Assembly: GCA_009103225.1 (NCBI GenBank)
Contig: RHPI01001616.1
Location: 374,731-438,730 of the forward strand
Direction of reading: 5' to 3'
DNA from: Chlorokybus atmophyticus
Lineage: Eukaryota; Plantae; Mesostigma and Chlorokybus algae
DNA length: 64,000 nucleotides
The position numbers and the translations under genes are program-made. The notes below the pieces were generated by a model that had not been told where the DNA came from, made no database searches, and worked only from the letters and a program-made list of their open reading frames with translations. Of this stretch, positions 24,986 to 35,367 are shown piece after piece (within the stretch, counting starts at the first letter, position 1; each line of letters starts with the position of its first letter).

Positions 24986-25902
24986 GAGATAAACCTTTTG
25001 CTTCTTTGTGTCGTTGCGCAATTGGATGCCAACTCAGTGGCGGAATGAGGGGACATGGGCAATGTAAGAAGTTGCACAACTCGTTGATGTTGTTTGTAAC
25101 ATACTCTTGTGTACAGATAGCTTGTTTGACAGCTTGACCAGAGGTTTTGCACGAGGCTCAGTTGGGTGAGTGTGATAATTGTGTGTGTGTGCTTGTTGAC
25201 GATCTGACCAGCAACTGCTAGTTGTGTTATGCAAAGTAGAAACCATAATGTTTTAGAGTATAAAACATGAATTAAATGAACATGTTGAGCGCTTGATGCT
25301 CAGCCTGCGTCTGTGCCAAGTTGATTTATGATCATTGATGACTTTGCGGTCTCTGGCAGACTGACAACTTCTATCACAAGCGGCAACACACGTATACAAC
25401 ACACGCATGCACATATACAACACAAGGGCACGCGCTCGCATGCACACACTCGCAAACATCACACTACACTTAAATCACAAACCGGCACGCACACGCACCA
25501 GTCCTCCTGGCTGCTGCAGGTTGGGCCCACTTGCTGCTTCACAGTAGTCTAGCAGTAGTAATTATAGTCAATGTTGCTGCTGCTGCTGCTGCTTGTGTCG
25601 CATGTTGGCATGCAACCGTGTGTATATGCTCTGCTATGCCATGCTGTAAGCAGCAGTGTGGCATATGGCATGTGCTAATTGGCTGCGGACAGTAATTAGT
25701 TGATACACTACTACTAACATGGGCACAGGGTTTATGCTCTGTATCCCATACACATCCCTCCCATACCTGTCACAAAACACAAACACTACTGGCACAAAAA
25801 TACATGTACATGGATGCACATGCGCACACACATGCGTGCGCACATGAACGCATAGGCACGCACACAAAAGAAATTATTTACGCAGAGGTCTACGAGGAGC
25901 CA

Positions 25903-26964
25903 ATGGTCCTCTACTGCTTCACCCTCTATTACCACGTGCTGCTGAGCAAGGGCTCGACGGCATCCCGTGCCCTGGTGTTCCAGCGCTCCGACAGGGCCGG
26001 GAGAACCGTCGCGGTCAAGTTCTACCCCGTCCGCAAGGGGCGGATGTACGCGCGCGCAGAGCGCGAGATCTACAGGATCACCAACCACCTCGTGCGCCTC
26101 AACGCCACCCCGCACGTGCTCTTCATGCTGCCCCCCGCCCGGTACGCCCTGGCGGAGGCGACGGTGGCCAGGCTGCGCCGATCGGGCTGGATCCCGTCCG
26201 ACACCCAGGAGATGACCGTCGCCACCAACTCTCGGCCGGTGAGCGATTCGCTGCACAGGTACTTTAGAGGCCGCCCTCAGGTGGAGAGCTGCATCAGGCT
26301 GGTCGCGCAGATCACGCACGCGCTCGCCTGCCTGACGCTTATAGGCGTCCGGCACAACGACCTGCACACCGGCAACATCCTGATCTTCGCGGACTCTGGG
26401 TGCGGCGACGACGAGTTCGCGCGGTACCGCTACCGGGACGGCAAGGGCAGGTCCGCCGAGCTGTTCATCGCCCGAAACGGCCCCAGCGCCCGGGTGTACG
26501 ACTTCGATCGCGCGTGGAAGGGAGCCGTGCGACGCCCCAGGCTGCGGCTGCCGTTCAGGCGGGAGGTCACCAACGAGTCCATGTTCGAGAGCTTCAGCTA
26601 CGCGAGGCCCGTGCCCGACGAGCGAGCGGACTGCTGGAAGCTGTACGTCCACCTGCTGCGCAGCATGCACCGCGTCAAGGGCCCGGCGCCGCTCAAGAAG
26701 CGGCTCACCCGGTTCCTGACCAAGTGCTCGCAGCAGCACGTGACCTGGCGCCACCTGGGACAGTTCGGGAGGGCCTACTGCCTCCTGGATCGCGCCGGCA
26801 GCTCCGGGCCGTTGGACTTGCGAGAGTACGGGGTGGCGCCGGTCGGGGAGGCGCTGCAGTCTCTGTGCGAAGCCTTCCCGGAGCTGCTGGCCCTGCCCCC
26901 AGGCGGCAGGGTGACGGCGGAGTACGACTCGGACAACATCTACTGGCCGCAAAGGGCAGCTTGA
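25903..26964 (+). CDS. Divergent Ser/Thr protein kinase, intronless, giant-virus (NCLDV)-like
   Basis: VAVKFY (beta3 Lys), AEREIY (alphaC Glu), LVAQITHALACL..IGVRHNDLHTGNILI (catalytic loop), RVYDFDRA (DFD in place of DFG) and DCWKL. Very high GC3. Confidence 0.85.
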   Translation: MVLYCFTLYYHVLLSKGSTASRALVFQRSDRAGRTVAVKFYPVRKGRMYARAEREIYRITNHLVRLNATPHVLFMLPPARYALAEATVARLRRSGWIPSDTQEMTVATNSRPVSDSLHRYFRGRPQVESCIRLVAQITHALACLTLIGVRHNDLHTGNILIFADSGCGDDEFARYRYRDGKGRSAELFIARNGPSARVYDFDRAWKGAVRRPRLRLPFRREVTNESMFESFSYARPVPDERADCWKLYVHLLRSMHRVKGPAPLKKRLTRFLTKCSQQHVTWRHLGQFGRAYCLLDRAGSSGPLDLREYGVAPVGEALQSLCEAFPELLALPPGGRVTAEYDSDNIYWPQRAA

Positions 26965-27059
26965 TTTCACAGATCCGACAGTCTGCCATTGCCTTTGCAG
27001 TTGGGCACGAGACAGTAGCTCACAGCCAAGACGGGTTTGCACGAGACAGAAGGGAACAT

Positions 27060-29900
27060 TCTCACAGCATGCACTCCACATGCAGTCCGTGCAACTGGAA
27101 CGCGGCATTATATGTAAATCTTAAAATGTCTAACTGGCCAATGACCGTATTGGCACTGTCTAGTGCTGCGGGAGACGTGTAAGCGGTGTCCGATTCTCGA
27201 TACGACCTGATTCTCGTTGATCGAGTATGGCTGGAGAGGCTTAACTGCAGCGTTATCGATTTTTTGAAGCTGCCAGAATGCTCCCTCGACATGCAGCTGA
27301 AGCTCGAGGTCTATGCTTTTAAACACGTCATCTAAAACCGGAGAGTTCCTAATGAATCCCACATAGGAACTATTTTGCCTCCCGTAAGTTACTTGATCTG
27401 CGAGAAGGCAGCTCGTAAGTGCGCGTACACGAGTGGTTGACTACACGACAACGAAGACAATAGCTTACCGAGAAATCGTATATTCGATAGAACGGAGCTG
27501 TTAACCTGGCGACTCCAACAAATCCCTTTCACGTCGGCAGGGTCCAGTAACGTGGCACCTGGTTTGAACTGCAGAACCTCCACTTCGCTGCCCACAGGAA
27601 GTCCGGGTAGAATGTCCCACTCTCGTAGTGGGACCGGAACCGGGACTGACACTGGCCCGATCGCTAGCGTTCCTGATGATGTGGCCACGTGAGGGCGCCT
27701 GACACGCATACACCTGTGTTAGGTGTAAAATGGAACAGGTGTTGGTGATGTGTGCTGTGTCCACCTGAGACTCAGGCAGATCGTATGACACTACCGCATT
27801 CTACGGTTGACAGTGAGCCGTGAAAACCAGGCTTTTGGCAATGCAATCGTTGACTTCAAGTGCATTGCCAATTTTTTTGTCTTCACGGACATATCTATAC
27901 GCCAACCCCGGCTTGCCGGGTGGTTAGTGTTCCATTCTGGACCTAACCCTGGTGTAACACGTTAGCAACAAGCCTGCACCCGATCGCTCATCGTTATCGA
28001 GCTGTGGCCAATCTGACCTGCGTCTAGCTTCCTGTTGCAGTATGGCTTTTAACAAAAGGTTATCGGTAGCTTCGACGTCCAAACCCACACGACCAAGTTC
28101 ATCAGAGTGCATCTTCAAGTCAAGCTCAACATGGTACAGGACAGGCAGCATAATGGAGCCGTCCACCTGACCCCTCCTAAATCGCCGCAGCAGAGAGCCT
28201 ATAGCACGCCACATGCTTGTCCCTCTCGATGCAGGAGTACCTTTGCATAACCTTGCCGTCACCGTGTCAAGAACAACACGTACCTGCAATGAACGCGTAT
28301 TTGGTACCATTTGAACCTTGTGTCCGAGGACAGCGTAGGCTTACCCGCGAATGAGGCTGGTGCCAGCTGCCACAGATGCCCAGAACAATGCTCGTCTTCA
28401 TCGTCTAATCGCCATCTGAGCATCTCCCGACACACTCGTACTCCAAACGGTGATTCCTTAAAATGGCGTCCTGAAGAAGGACTTTTCCTGTCCAGTCGTC
28501 TACATTGATCGTTGCCTCGGCTGCTGGGTGTGTGGGTACAGTCGTTCCTGCAGCTACTGGGTGTGTGGGTAAGGTCGTTCCTGCAACTGCTTGGGGTGTA
28601 GGTTGCGTCGCTTCTTCAAGATCGCATACAAAGCAGCCGGCGTCCGCGGAGAGATCACTAGGTCTGTTTCCCCCTTTCGGATCCACCAACGCGCTGGCGC
28701 AATTAGGCAGCTTTGGTGAGTCCAGGGTGTATATACCACTGTCTATCGAGGTCTGTGACAGACCACTCATTTGCTGGCTCGACCCATTAGATACCTCCAC
28801 ATTCGACGCCGGTCTTTCGGTGGCTGCATCGTGGCTCGCAAGGAATGCCGATGATAGGTATATCGATTGGTCACCAACGTCGCTAAACAGCACAAAGCCC
28901 GCCAATCGGATGGCATCTAGTATCCTCTCAGCAGATTCTGACTGGAAGTGGCTTGTTAGCCACTTGAGATCCACCCCCATGCACTCCGCGTCAATATCGC
29001 GCAACCAACATGAGAGTTTGGTTGTCTCCTCATCGGAAAAGCTTCGATCGGTGTGGTGCACCTGTTCCATGTTACCAGGGGAACACCCTGGACACTGGAA
29101 AACGTCCTCCAGCTCGCGCTTCGCGTCCCCAACGTCCCACACCGCGGCCGAACCGTCGTCCGACAGCGTGGCCAGCCGCCCGTCGCGACTCCACGCCACG
29201 GAGCGTACGCGGGAAGCATGCCCCTTCAGCACGAGTCGCCGCCCCCCGCTTGACGCATCCCACACCGCCGCCGTCTTGTCGTCAGATGTCGTCGCCAGCT
29301 GCCGCCCGTCCGGGCTCCACGCCACGGCTTTTGCGAAAGCGGTATGGCCCCGCAGCTCGCGCAGGCGCTTCCCGATCAACGCGTCCCATACCGCCGCCGT
29401 CTTGTTCAACGACGCCGTGGCCAGCCGCCGCCCGTCTGGACTCCATGCTACGGACATCACCCAATCGGTGTGCCCCCGCAGCTCGCGCAGGGGCTCCCCG
29501 GTCGACGCGTCCCACACCGCCGCCGTATTGTCCTGCGCCGCCGTCGCCAGCCACTGTCCGTCGGGGCTCCACGCCGCGGAGTACTCGGAACTGGTGCGAC
29601 CCCGCAGCTCGCACATGTACTTCCCGGTCGCCGCGTCCCAAACCGCCGCCGTTTTGTCCCACGACCCCGTAGCAAGCAGCCGCCCGTCCGGGCTCCACGC
29701 CACCGAATAGATAGCTTGCTTGAGTTTGGTATTTCTCTCCAGAATGTCCTGCGTCTTAGGTGCAGCTTCTGCTTTCAGCTCGTCTGAAAGGATCTTAGAG
29801 GCCACCTCCAGCTTGTGCACGCGGTTCCCTGTTGCTGCGTCCCATACCACTACCGTTTGGTCCGATGACGCCGTAGCCAGCAACAACCCGTCAGGGTTTC
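27060..29900 (-). pseudogene. WD40-repeat protein with long unrelated C-terminal region; mini-introns and premature stops
   Basis: About 6 WD40 units (WSPDGRxLATxSxDxTAAVWDAxxGxxLRELRGH). The first unit reads SVA*NPDG (TGA where TGG is expected, ~29890). The frame continues through short GT-AG introns (28283-28252, 27947-27912, ~27468-27398) with an in-frame TAG near 27800. Confidence 0.6.
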
Positions 29901-29935
29901 ACGCCACGGACCTCCCCGCCCCCATTGTGCGGTGA

Positions 29936-30778
29936 GTGCTGCTGTGCGAAGTACGAGATCAAAGCAACAATTTATGTCATATCTTGCTCACCACATCTGT
30001 TGTCGCGTTGCAGCAGCACAGTCCGGTTCACGAGCAGCCGCGCTTCAGCGATGCTGTCCCACCTTCACCATCGAGCCAGTCGATGGGTGGGCGCCAGGTC
30101 AGTATAGGCATCTCCCACACGCCACGCAGCAACGTGAAGACGCGCGATAACACGCCGTACAGCAAGCCGTCTAAGCCACGCCTCAACGCCGTTGCTCTAT
30201 TCAAGCTCCCGCCCCGCGTGTCAGAGGACGCGGAAACCGAGGAGGCCATCGCCTTCGGCAAGGATGCTGATGGCAAGGCGGTACACGCCGTGCCCGAGGA
30301 CAGCGCCGAACCCGAGGACGGCTATCTCCACGACGATGCCGTTAGCATGCAGACCTGCATGTCTGGCGACGAACGGGAACACGAGGAGGCTCTTCACGGG
30401 TTCCGTACCAAGGACAGGATCGACCGCACTCCAGTCGACACCAATCGGGACCGAATGTCCCGCAGCGCGAGATCTTGCGACTGTCCCAGCCACTGGTGCC
30501 TGCGCTGCATCGTCAACGACCGGATGGTCCATGCCGTGACCAAGGTAACTGCCCGTGTGTGCGCACTCGCTACATGCATGATGGCGCTACATTGCCTGAC
30601 CTATCGACCGCAGGCCCCGGACATCTTTCAAGCCGCGTTGGATCGCTTGAAGAAGCTGGAGGCAGAGAACCGCAACATCATGCGGGAGTATTCGAGCTTC
30701 GTAACAGCGATGAACCGCGCCCGCCGCCGCGGCATCCCCGTCACGCCGCTCTCCTCTAAGCGGCGCGGCACACGCTAG
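29936..30778 (+). CDS. Hypothetical protein (acidic region, CxCxxxxCxxC cluster, C-terminal coiled coil)
   Basis: Open GC-rich frame; SCDCPSHWCLRC; coiled coil AALDRLKKLEAENRNIMRE. The 5' part may be intronic (GTGAGT at ~29931 ... TTGCAG at ~30014). Confidence 0.5.
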   Translation: MLLCEVRDQSNNLCHILLTTSVVALQQHSPVHEQPRFSDAVPPSPSSQSMGGRQVSIGISHTPRSNVKTRDNTPYSKPSKPRLNAVALFKLPPRVSEDAETEEAIAFGKDADGKAVHAVPEDSAEPEDGYLHDDAVSMQTCMSGDEREHEEALHGFRTKDRIDRTPVDTNRDRMSRSARSCDCPSHWCLRCIVNDRMVHAVTKVTARVCALATCMMALHCLTYRPQAPDIFQAALDRLKKLEAENRNIMREYSSFVTAMNRARRRGIPVTPLSSKRRGTR

Positions 30779-30815
30779 GCCCCCTGTCCTATTTTCCCAC
30801 CCTCTGGCAAGTGGC

Positions 30816-31049
30816 ATGCTGGGCGACGAGCTGTTTCAGCAGGGCTTGGATATAGCTATAGAGCAGCTTAACAAGCTAGAGCACAAGGCCGCTATACATC
30901 GCGATGTATTGGACCTGTTGATTCAGTATATGGGTTTGCGTTTGTGGTCGTATGTCGCGTTTGCAATGGGCACCCTCTTGGTCATGCTAGTTGTCCTCGT
31001 ATTCCTTGCGATTGTGACGTGCAGAGGGTCCAGGCGGGCAGACGTGTGA
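30816..31049 (+). CDS. Small protein with C-terminal transmembrane helix, resembling small conserved NCLDV membrane proteins
   Basis: MLGDELFQQGLDIAIEQLNKLEHKAAIHRDVLDLLIQYMGLRLWSYVAFAMGTLLVMLVVLVFLAIV; intronless. The viral resemblance is from memory, not a search. Confidence 0.6.
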   Translation: MLGDELFQQGLDIAIEQLNKLEHKAAIHRDVLDLLIQYMGLRLWSYVAFAMGTLLVMLVVLVFLAIVTCRGSRRADV

Positions 31050-31087
31050 GTGGTCTTGTGCTTTTTTTCTAGCTTCGTCGACATGCG

Positions 31088-31360
31088 ATGGGCTTGCTTG
31101 ACACGTTCAAATTGTCGGCTGCCGCTGGCGCCGGCTCTATTGGCGGCATGCTCGGGTTGCTGGCCATCCCCGCGATCGTCTTCTTGATCGGCCTGCTCAT
31201 GTACTCGCGTAGCAAGAGGCCGGATCACGAATCCAAAGGCCTTCGATTCGCAGGGATAGCGCTCATGGCGATCGGCGCCCTGCCCTTCCTGGGATTGATC
31301 ATCCCGGGGGCGATCGGCGACGTCGCCTCCAACAAGATCGCCAACGTCTTCAAGGATTGA
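31088..31360 (+). CDS. Small multi-pass membrane protein (90 aa)
   Basis: Two to three hydrophobic Gly-rich helices; intronless; ATG 38 nt after the previous stop. Confidence 0.65.
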   Translation: MGLLDTFKLSAAAGAGSIGGMLGLLAIPAIVFLIGLLMYSRSKRPDHESKGLRFAGIALMAIGALPFLGLIIPGAIGDVASNKIANVFKD

Positions 31361-31396
31361 CGGCAGAAAATCTCGCCGTTGTCAACAGCGCGCGCC

Positions 31397-31882
31397 ATGG
31401 ACACGAAAGACGTGAACTTCCTCAGGGGTTTGCCGAACAAGACCACGGCGCATCAGGCCAAGGATGCGGTCGTCACGAGGTATGCGACCAACCAAAAAGC
31501 ATGGGACCGCATCACGAGGTTCTGTGCAATCGTGCCCAAGACCGTTAAGAACGGGACGGCGCGCGACCTGGTGACGTACGTCGACACCACGCGCGCAACG
31601 GACAACGCCGCCAACAAGCAGACGCGGAAGAGGTACAGGGTCGGTGGGGCGCTGATCGGCGGGGGTCTCGGCGCCGTGGGGGGTGCGGCGGGCATGGTCC
31701 TGCGCAACTACATGCACAGGTTTGACCCGCCGCTGTCGCCGTACGAGCACGCCGTGCGCGCGCTGTTCGCGGGGGCGGCTCTGGGACTTGCGGGCGGCGC
31801 CGTCGGGTACGGCACTGGCTATGCCGCGGGCGCCGTGAAGGCGCGGAAAGCGCGCAAGAGGCGAGAGGCCGCTAGAACCTAG
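31397..31882 (+). CDS. Basic protein with two glycine-zipper hydrophobic helices
   Basis: VGGALIGGGLGAVGGAAGMVL and ALFAGAALGLAGGAVGYGTGYAAG; intronless; ATG 36 nt after the previous stop. Confidence 0.65.
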   Translation: MDTKDVNFLRGLPNKTTAHQAKDAVVTRYATNQKAWDRITRFCAIVPKTVKNGTARDLVTYVDTTRATDNAANKQTRKRYRVGGALIGGGLGAVGGAAGMVLRNYMHRFDPPLSPYEHAVRALFAGAALGLAGGAVGYGTGYAAGAVKARKARKRREAART

Positions 31883-32523
31883 CCGGCCGTTCACGAAGCC
31901 TCGTAACGACTCCATGCGCTATAGTTGTTGTTACAAGCGCCTGCCACACGGTGTCACGGACTGCGTGGCATGGTGCACGGAGAAGTCTGCGTCACGTGAG
32001 CACGCGGACGTCACACTCCATCTCGAACGGACCGAAGTCTGGGTTTGATAGCATGACTGGCGACGCTCCCTGCCCTTGCTCGTGTTTCACCTCCTCCGCC
32101 GCTTCAGCCGCCGCCCCACCCAACCTTGCTTCTCGTTGTGCTGCTGCGTCAGCAAGTCCGAACCCGAACCCCAAATCAACTTCAAACTGGAACACGAACT
32201 CGAACGGTACGTTGAGTACGGAAATGTCGTACCGCGCAGTTCCGTCGCAAAGGGGTTGAAGGGGTGGTCCGAGTTGCGGAAGGCGGCGGGACGCGGAAAC
32301 GCGAAGGCGGCGACGGGCGCGTGGCAGCCCGAGGTAGGACTGCTTGGTCGTCGTCATGGTCTGCATGAGCAATCGCATAGGGCCGGTTGTCCCCACAGTA
32401 GGTTATCAGATCATGCGCATGCTTGCAGCCAGTCTGGACATGCACGAAGCCATGTTCGCCCGGTGCCGAGTTCGCGGACCGTAGCACCTAGTCTCTCCAC
32501 CGGTAAGAGCCTAGCCAGAGACG

Positions 32524-35367
32524 ATGAAGGCTCAAGGCGGACGCATGGCGGCCGACATCGCTGCCGGCGTGGCGAGCACCGTCATCGGCAACGTCGTCAC
32601 GGGCGGGGCACTTTCAATTGCTATGAGTGCCGCTGGCATCCTGCTTGGAGTCGGAGACCTCGCCGTGCGTATCTACGAGTCCCGCAAACAGGTCGCGGCA
32701 GCAAAGCAGTTTGCCCTGGTGAACGAAGCGTTGCATGCCATAGACGCCAAGGTTGGTGCCAAATTTGAGCAATGGGAGTCCACGAGGGGTCAAGAATTTT
32801 CCAAAGTCATGGACGCCTTCAAGGGCATGAGCGACGACATCAGCCAGCAGATCCAGCAGGCGTGCCTGCACCAGATCGCCGCACTCGCAGAGTTGCGACA
32901 AGAGGTGAAACACCTCGGCGACAGACTCGAGAACCAACAGGAACAGCACCGTCTGGAAAAGTTTCAAAGAGCTCTGCAACTGTACTGTCAGCGATACCTC
33001 CAGTACACCCGTAGCGACATCGAAGAGCATCGGAACGCTTACTACAGGGAGCTTGTGGTTGATGCCGACAAGCTGTGCCTAACGGCACAATCCTTTGCGA
33101 AAGACAGCAAGTACCCGCGGCGCTTCCCGTTCATGGCTGTCCGCATCATGGTCCTCAAGATCAAAGCGGCGGTCCTCGGCGTTTCTGATGGCGCAACGCA
33201 ATCGAGCGTATATAAGGATGCCGTTCGCGACGCGCTCGACGCAATCAAAGCAGAGGTGCTCGAGATTTTTGGGCTGCTGGAACAGTACGACTTTCTCGCG
33301 CACGAGCAGTACACCTCCGCCCTTGCCTGGTTGGAACTCGCGTCACGGCCTCTGCGCGGCACTGCTTCTTCACCAAACAGAGGTACCGACCGCAAAAACA
33401 GGCAGTGTATGTAGAACCTGTGGACGTGCAAGTACTGACACGGGATGGCAGGCATCGGAGAACTTGGCCGTGTCGAGCACATGCTTCAGGGCATTGAGCC
33501 GCGTGCGAGAGACGTGTCGCGCGGTCGGGTGCCTGCCGTGGAAGCCATTGCCAGCAGAACTTACAGCATGTTCAGCTGGGTAGACGGTATCGAGCGACGG
33601 CGGGTTGAAAAGCTGGTTGAAACGCTTCGCTACTGCGCGCACAGCGGCATAGAGGAGGCGGCACGAGCGATCTCCAAGGCCGGCAACATACCCCCGCTGG
33701 TCGAGCTGCTGCGATCAGGCACGGACGACGGCAAGACCAAAGCTGCATGCGCACTGGGCAACCTTGCATGGGACGCAGACAACAAGCGCGCGATCCGCGA
33801 GGCCGGCGGCATACCCCCCCTGGTTGAGCTGCTGCGGTCCGGCACGGACGACGGCAAGGCCGAAGCCGCTGCCGCACTGTGGAACGTTGCACTTGACGAC
33901 GACAACCAGCGCCTTATTCGCGAGACCGGCGGAATCCCCCCCTTGGTCGAGCTGCTGCGATCCGGCACGGACGACGGCAAGACCAAAGCTGCATGCGCAC
34001 TGTGGAACGTTGCACTTGACGACGACAACCAGCGCCTTATTCGCGAGGCCGGCGGCATCCCCCCCTTGGTCGAGCTGCTGCGATCCGGCACGGACGACGG
34101 CAAGACCAAAGCTGCAGGCGCGCTGCGCAACGTTTCAACTGACGACGACAGCCAGCGCCTTATTCGCGAGGCCGGCGGCATCCCCCCCTTGGTCGAGCTG
34201 CTGCGGTCCGGTACGGACGACGGCAAGACCCAAGCTGCAGGCGCGCTGGGCAGCCTTGCGTATGACGACGACAACGAGGGCCCGATCCGCGAGGCCGGCG
34301 GCATACCTCCCCTGGTCGAGCTGCTGCGGTCCGGCACGGACGACGGCAAGGCCAAAGCCGCTGCCGCACTGTGGAACGTTGCGTATGACGCAGACAACCG
34401 GCGCCTGATCCGCGAGGCCGGCGGCATACCCCCCCTGGTCGAGCTGCTGCGGTCCGGCACGGACGACGGTAAGGCCAAAGCCGCTGCCGCACTGTGGAAC
34501 GTTGCACTTGACGACGACAACAAGCGCCTTATTCGCGAGGCCGGCGGCATACCTCCCCTGGTCGAGCTGCTGCGGTCCGGCACGGACGACGGCAAGACCC
34601 ACGCTGCAGGCGCGCTGCGCAAGGTTTCAACTGACAACGACAACAAGCGCTTTATTCGCGAGGCCGGCGGCATACCCCCGCTGGTCGAGCTGCTGCGGTC
34701 CGGTACGGACGACGGCAAGACCCAAGCTGCAGGCGCACTGCGCAGCCTTGCGTATGACGACGACAACGAGGGCCCGATCCGCGAGGCCGGCAGCATACCT
34801 CCCCTGGTCGAGCTGCTGCGGTCCGGCACGGACGACGGCAAGGCCCAAGCCGCTGCCGCACTGTGGAACGTTGCGTATGTCGCAGACAGTGAACGCCCAA
34901 CCAACGACACAGAGACCAAGCGCCTAATTCGAGATCTTGGTGGCATACCCCCTTTGGCCGAGCTGCTGCGGTCCGGCACAGACGTTGGCAGGTTCCAAGC
35001 TGCAAGCGCACTGCGCAGCATTGCACTTGACGAAGACAAAAAACGCCTAATCCGCGAGGCCGGCATACCCCTGCTTATCGAGCTGCTGCGGTCCGGGACG
35101 GCCGATGGCAAGACCCAAGCTGCAGCCGCGCTGCGCAACGTTGCATGCGATGCAGACATTCGGCGCTTGATTCGCGAGGCCGGCGGCATACCACTGCTCG
35201 TGGAGTTGCTGCGGTCTGGCATGCACGAGGGCAAGACCCAGGCCGCCATCGCACTGTGCAATGTCGCCATTGACGACAAACAGAACAAGCGCCTGATCCG
35301 CGAGGCAGCCAAGGGCATCCCGGAGTGTGAGCTATACACCTGGGTTATGTCCAGAATGGAACTCTGA
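32524..35367 (+). CDS. Hydrophobic helical/coiled-coil N-terminal domain fused by a short intron to 13 armadillo repeats
   Basis: Track ORFs 32524-33414 and 33445-35367 are in the same frame. An in-frame intron 33407-33451 (GTATGT...TACTGAC...CAG, 45 nt; alternative donor 33383, 69 nt) removes both stops. The terminal TGA (35365-35367) lies in the branch point of a second candidate intron 35344-35379. Possible upstream exon 32153-32333. Confidence 0.75.
33679..35305 (+). repeat. ARM repeat array: 13 units of nominally 123 bp (41 aa) with high internal identity
   Basis: Invariant core AGGIPPLVELLRSGTDDGK with variable segments such as TKAACALGNLAW, AEAAAALWNVAL, TKAAGALRNVST, TQAAGALGSLAY and THAAGALRKVST. 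Confidence 0.97.

Noticed and set aside
25786-27108. 440-aa minus-strand ORF opposite the kinase
   Set aside because: Antisense shadow of a high-GC3 gene; no motif.
27835-27871. 11-bp inverted repeat TTGGCAATGCA / TGCATTGCCAA followed by a T run (terminator-like)
   Set aside because: Falls inside a minus-strand coding exon (KKIGNALEVNDCIAK) of a eukaryotic gene; probably incidental.
28505-29710. 401-aa plus-strand ORF opposite WD40
   Set aside because: Antisense shadow of the WD40 repeats.
33630-35339. 569-aa antisense ORF and other alternate-frame ORFs over the ARM array
   Set aside because: Shadow frames of a GC-rich tandem repeat; only the + frame gives ARM consensus. The array is coding, not a CRISPR.
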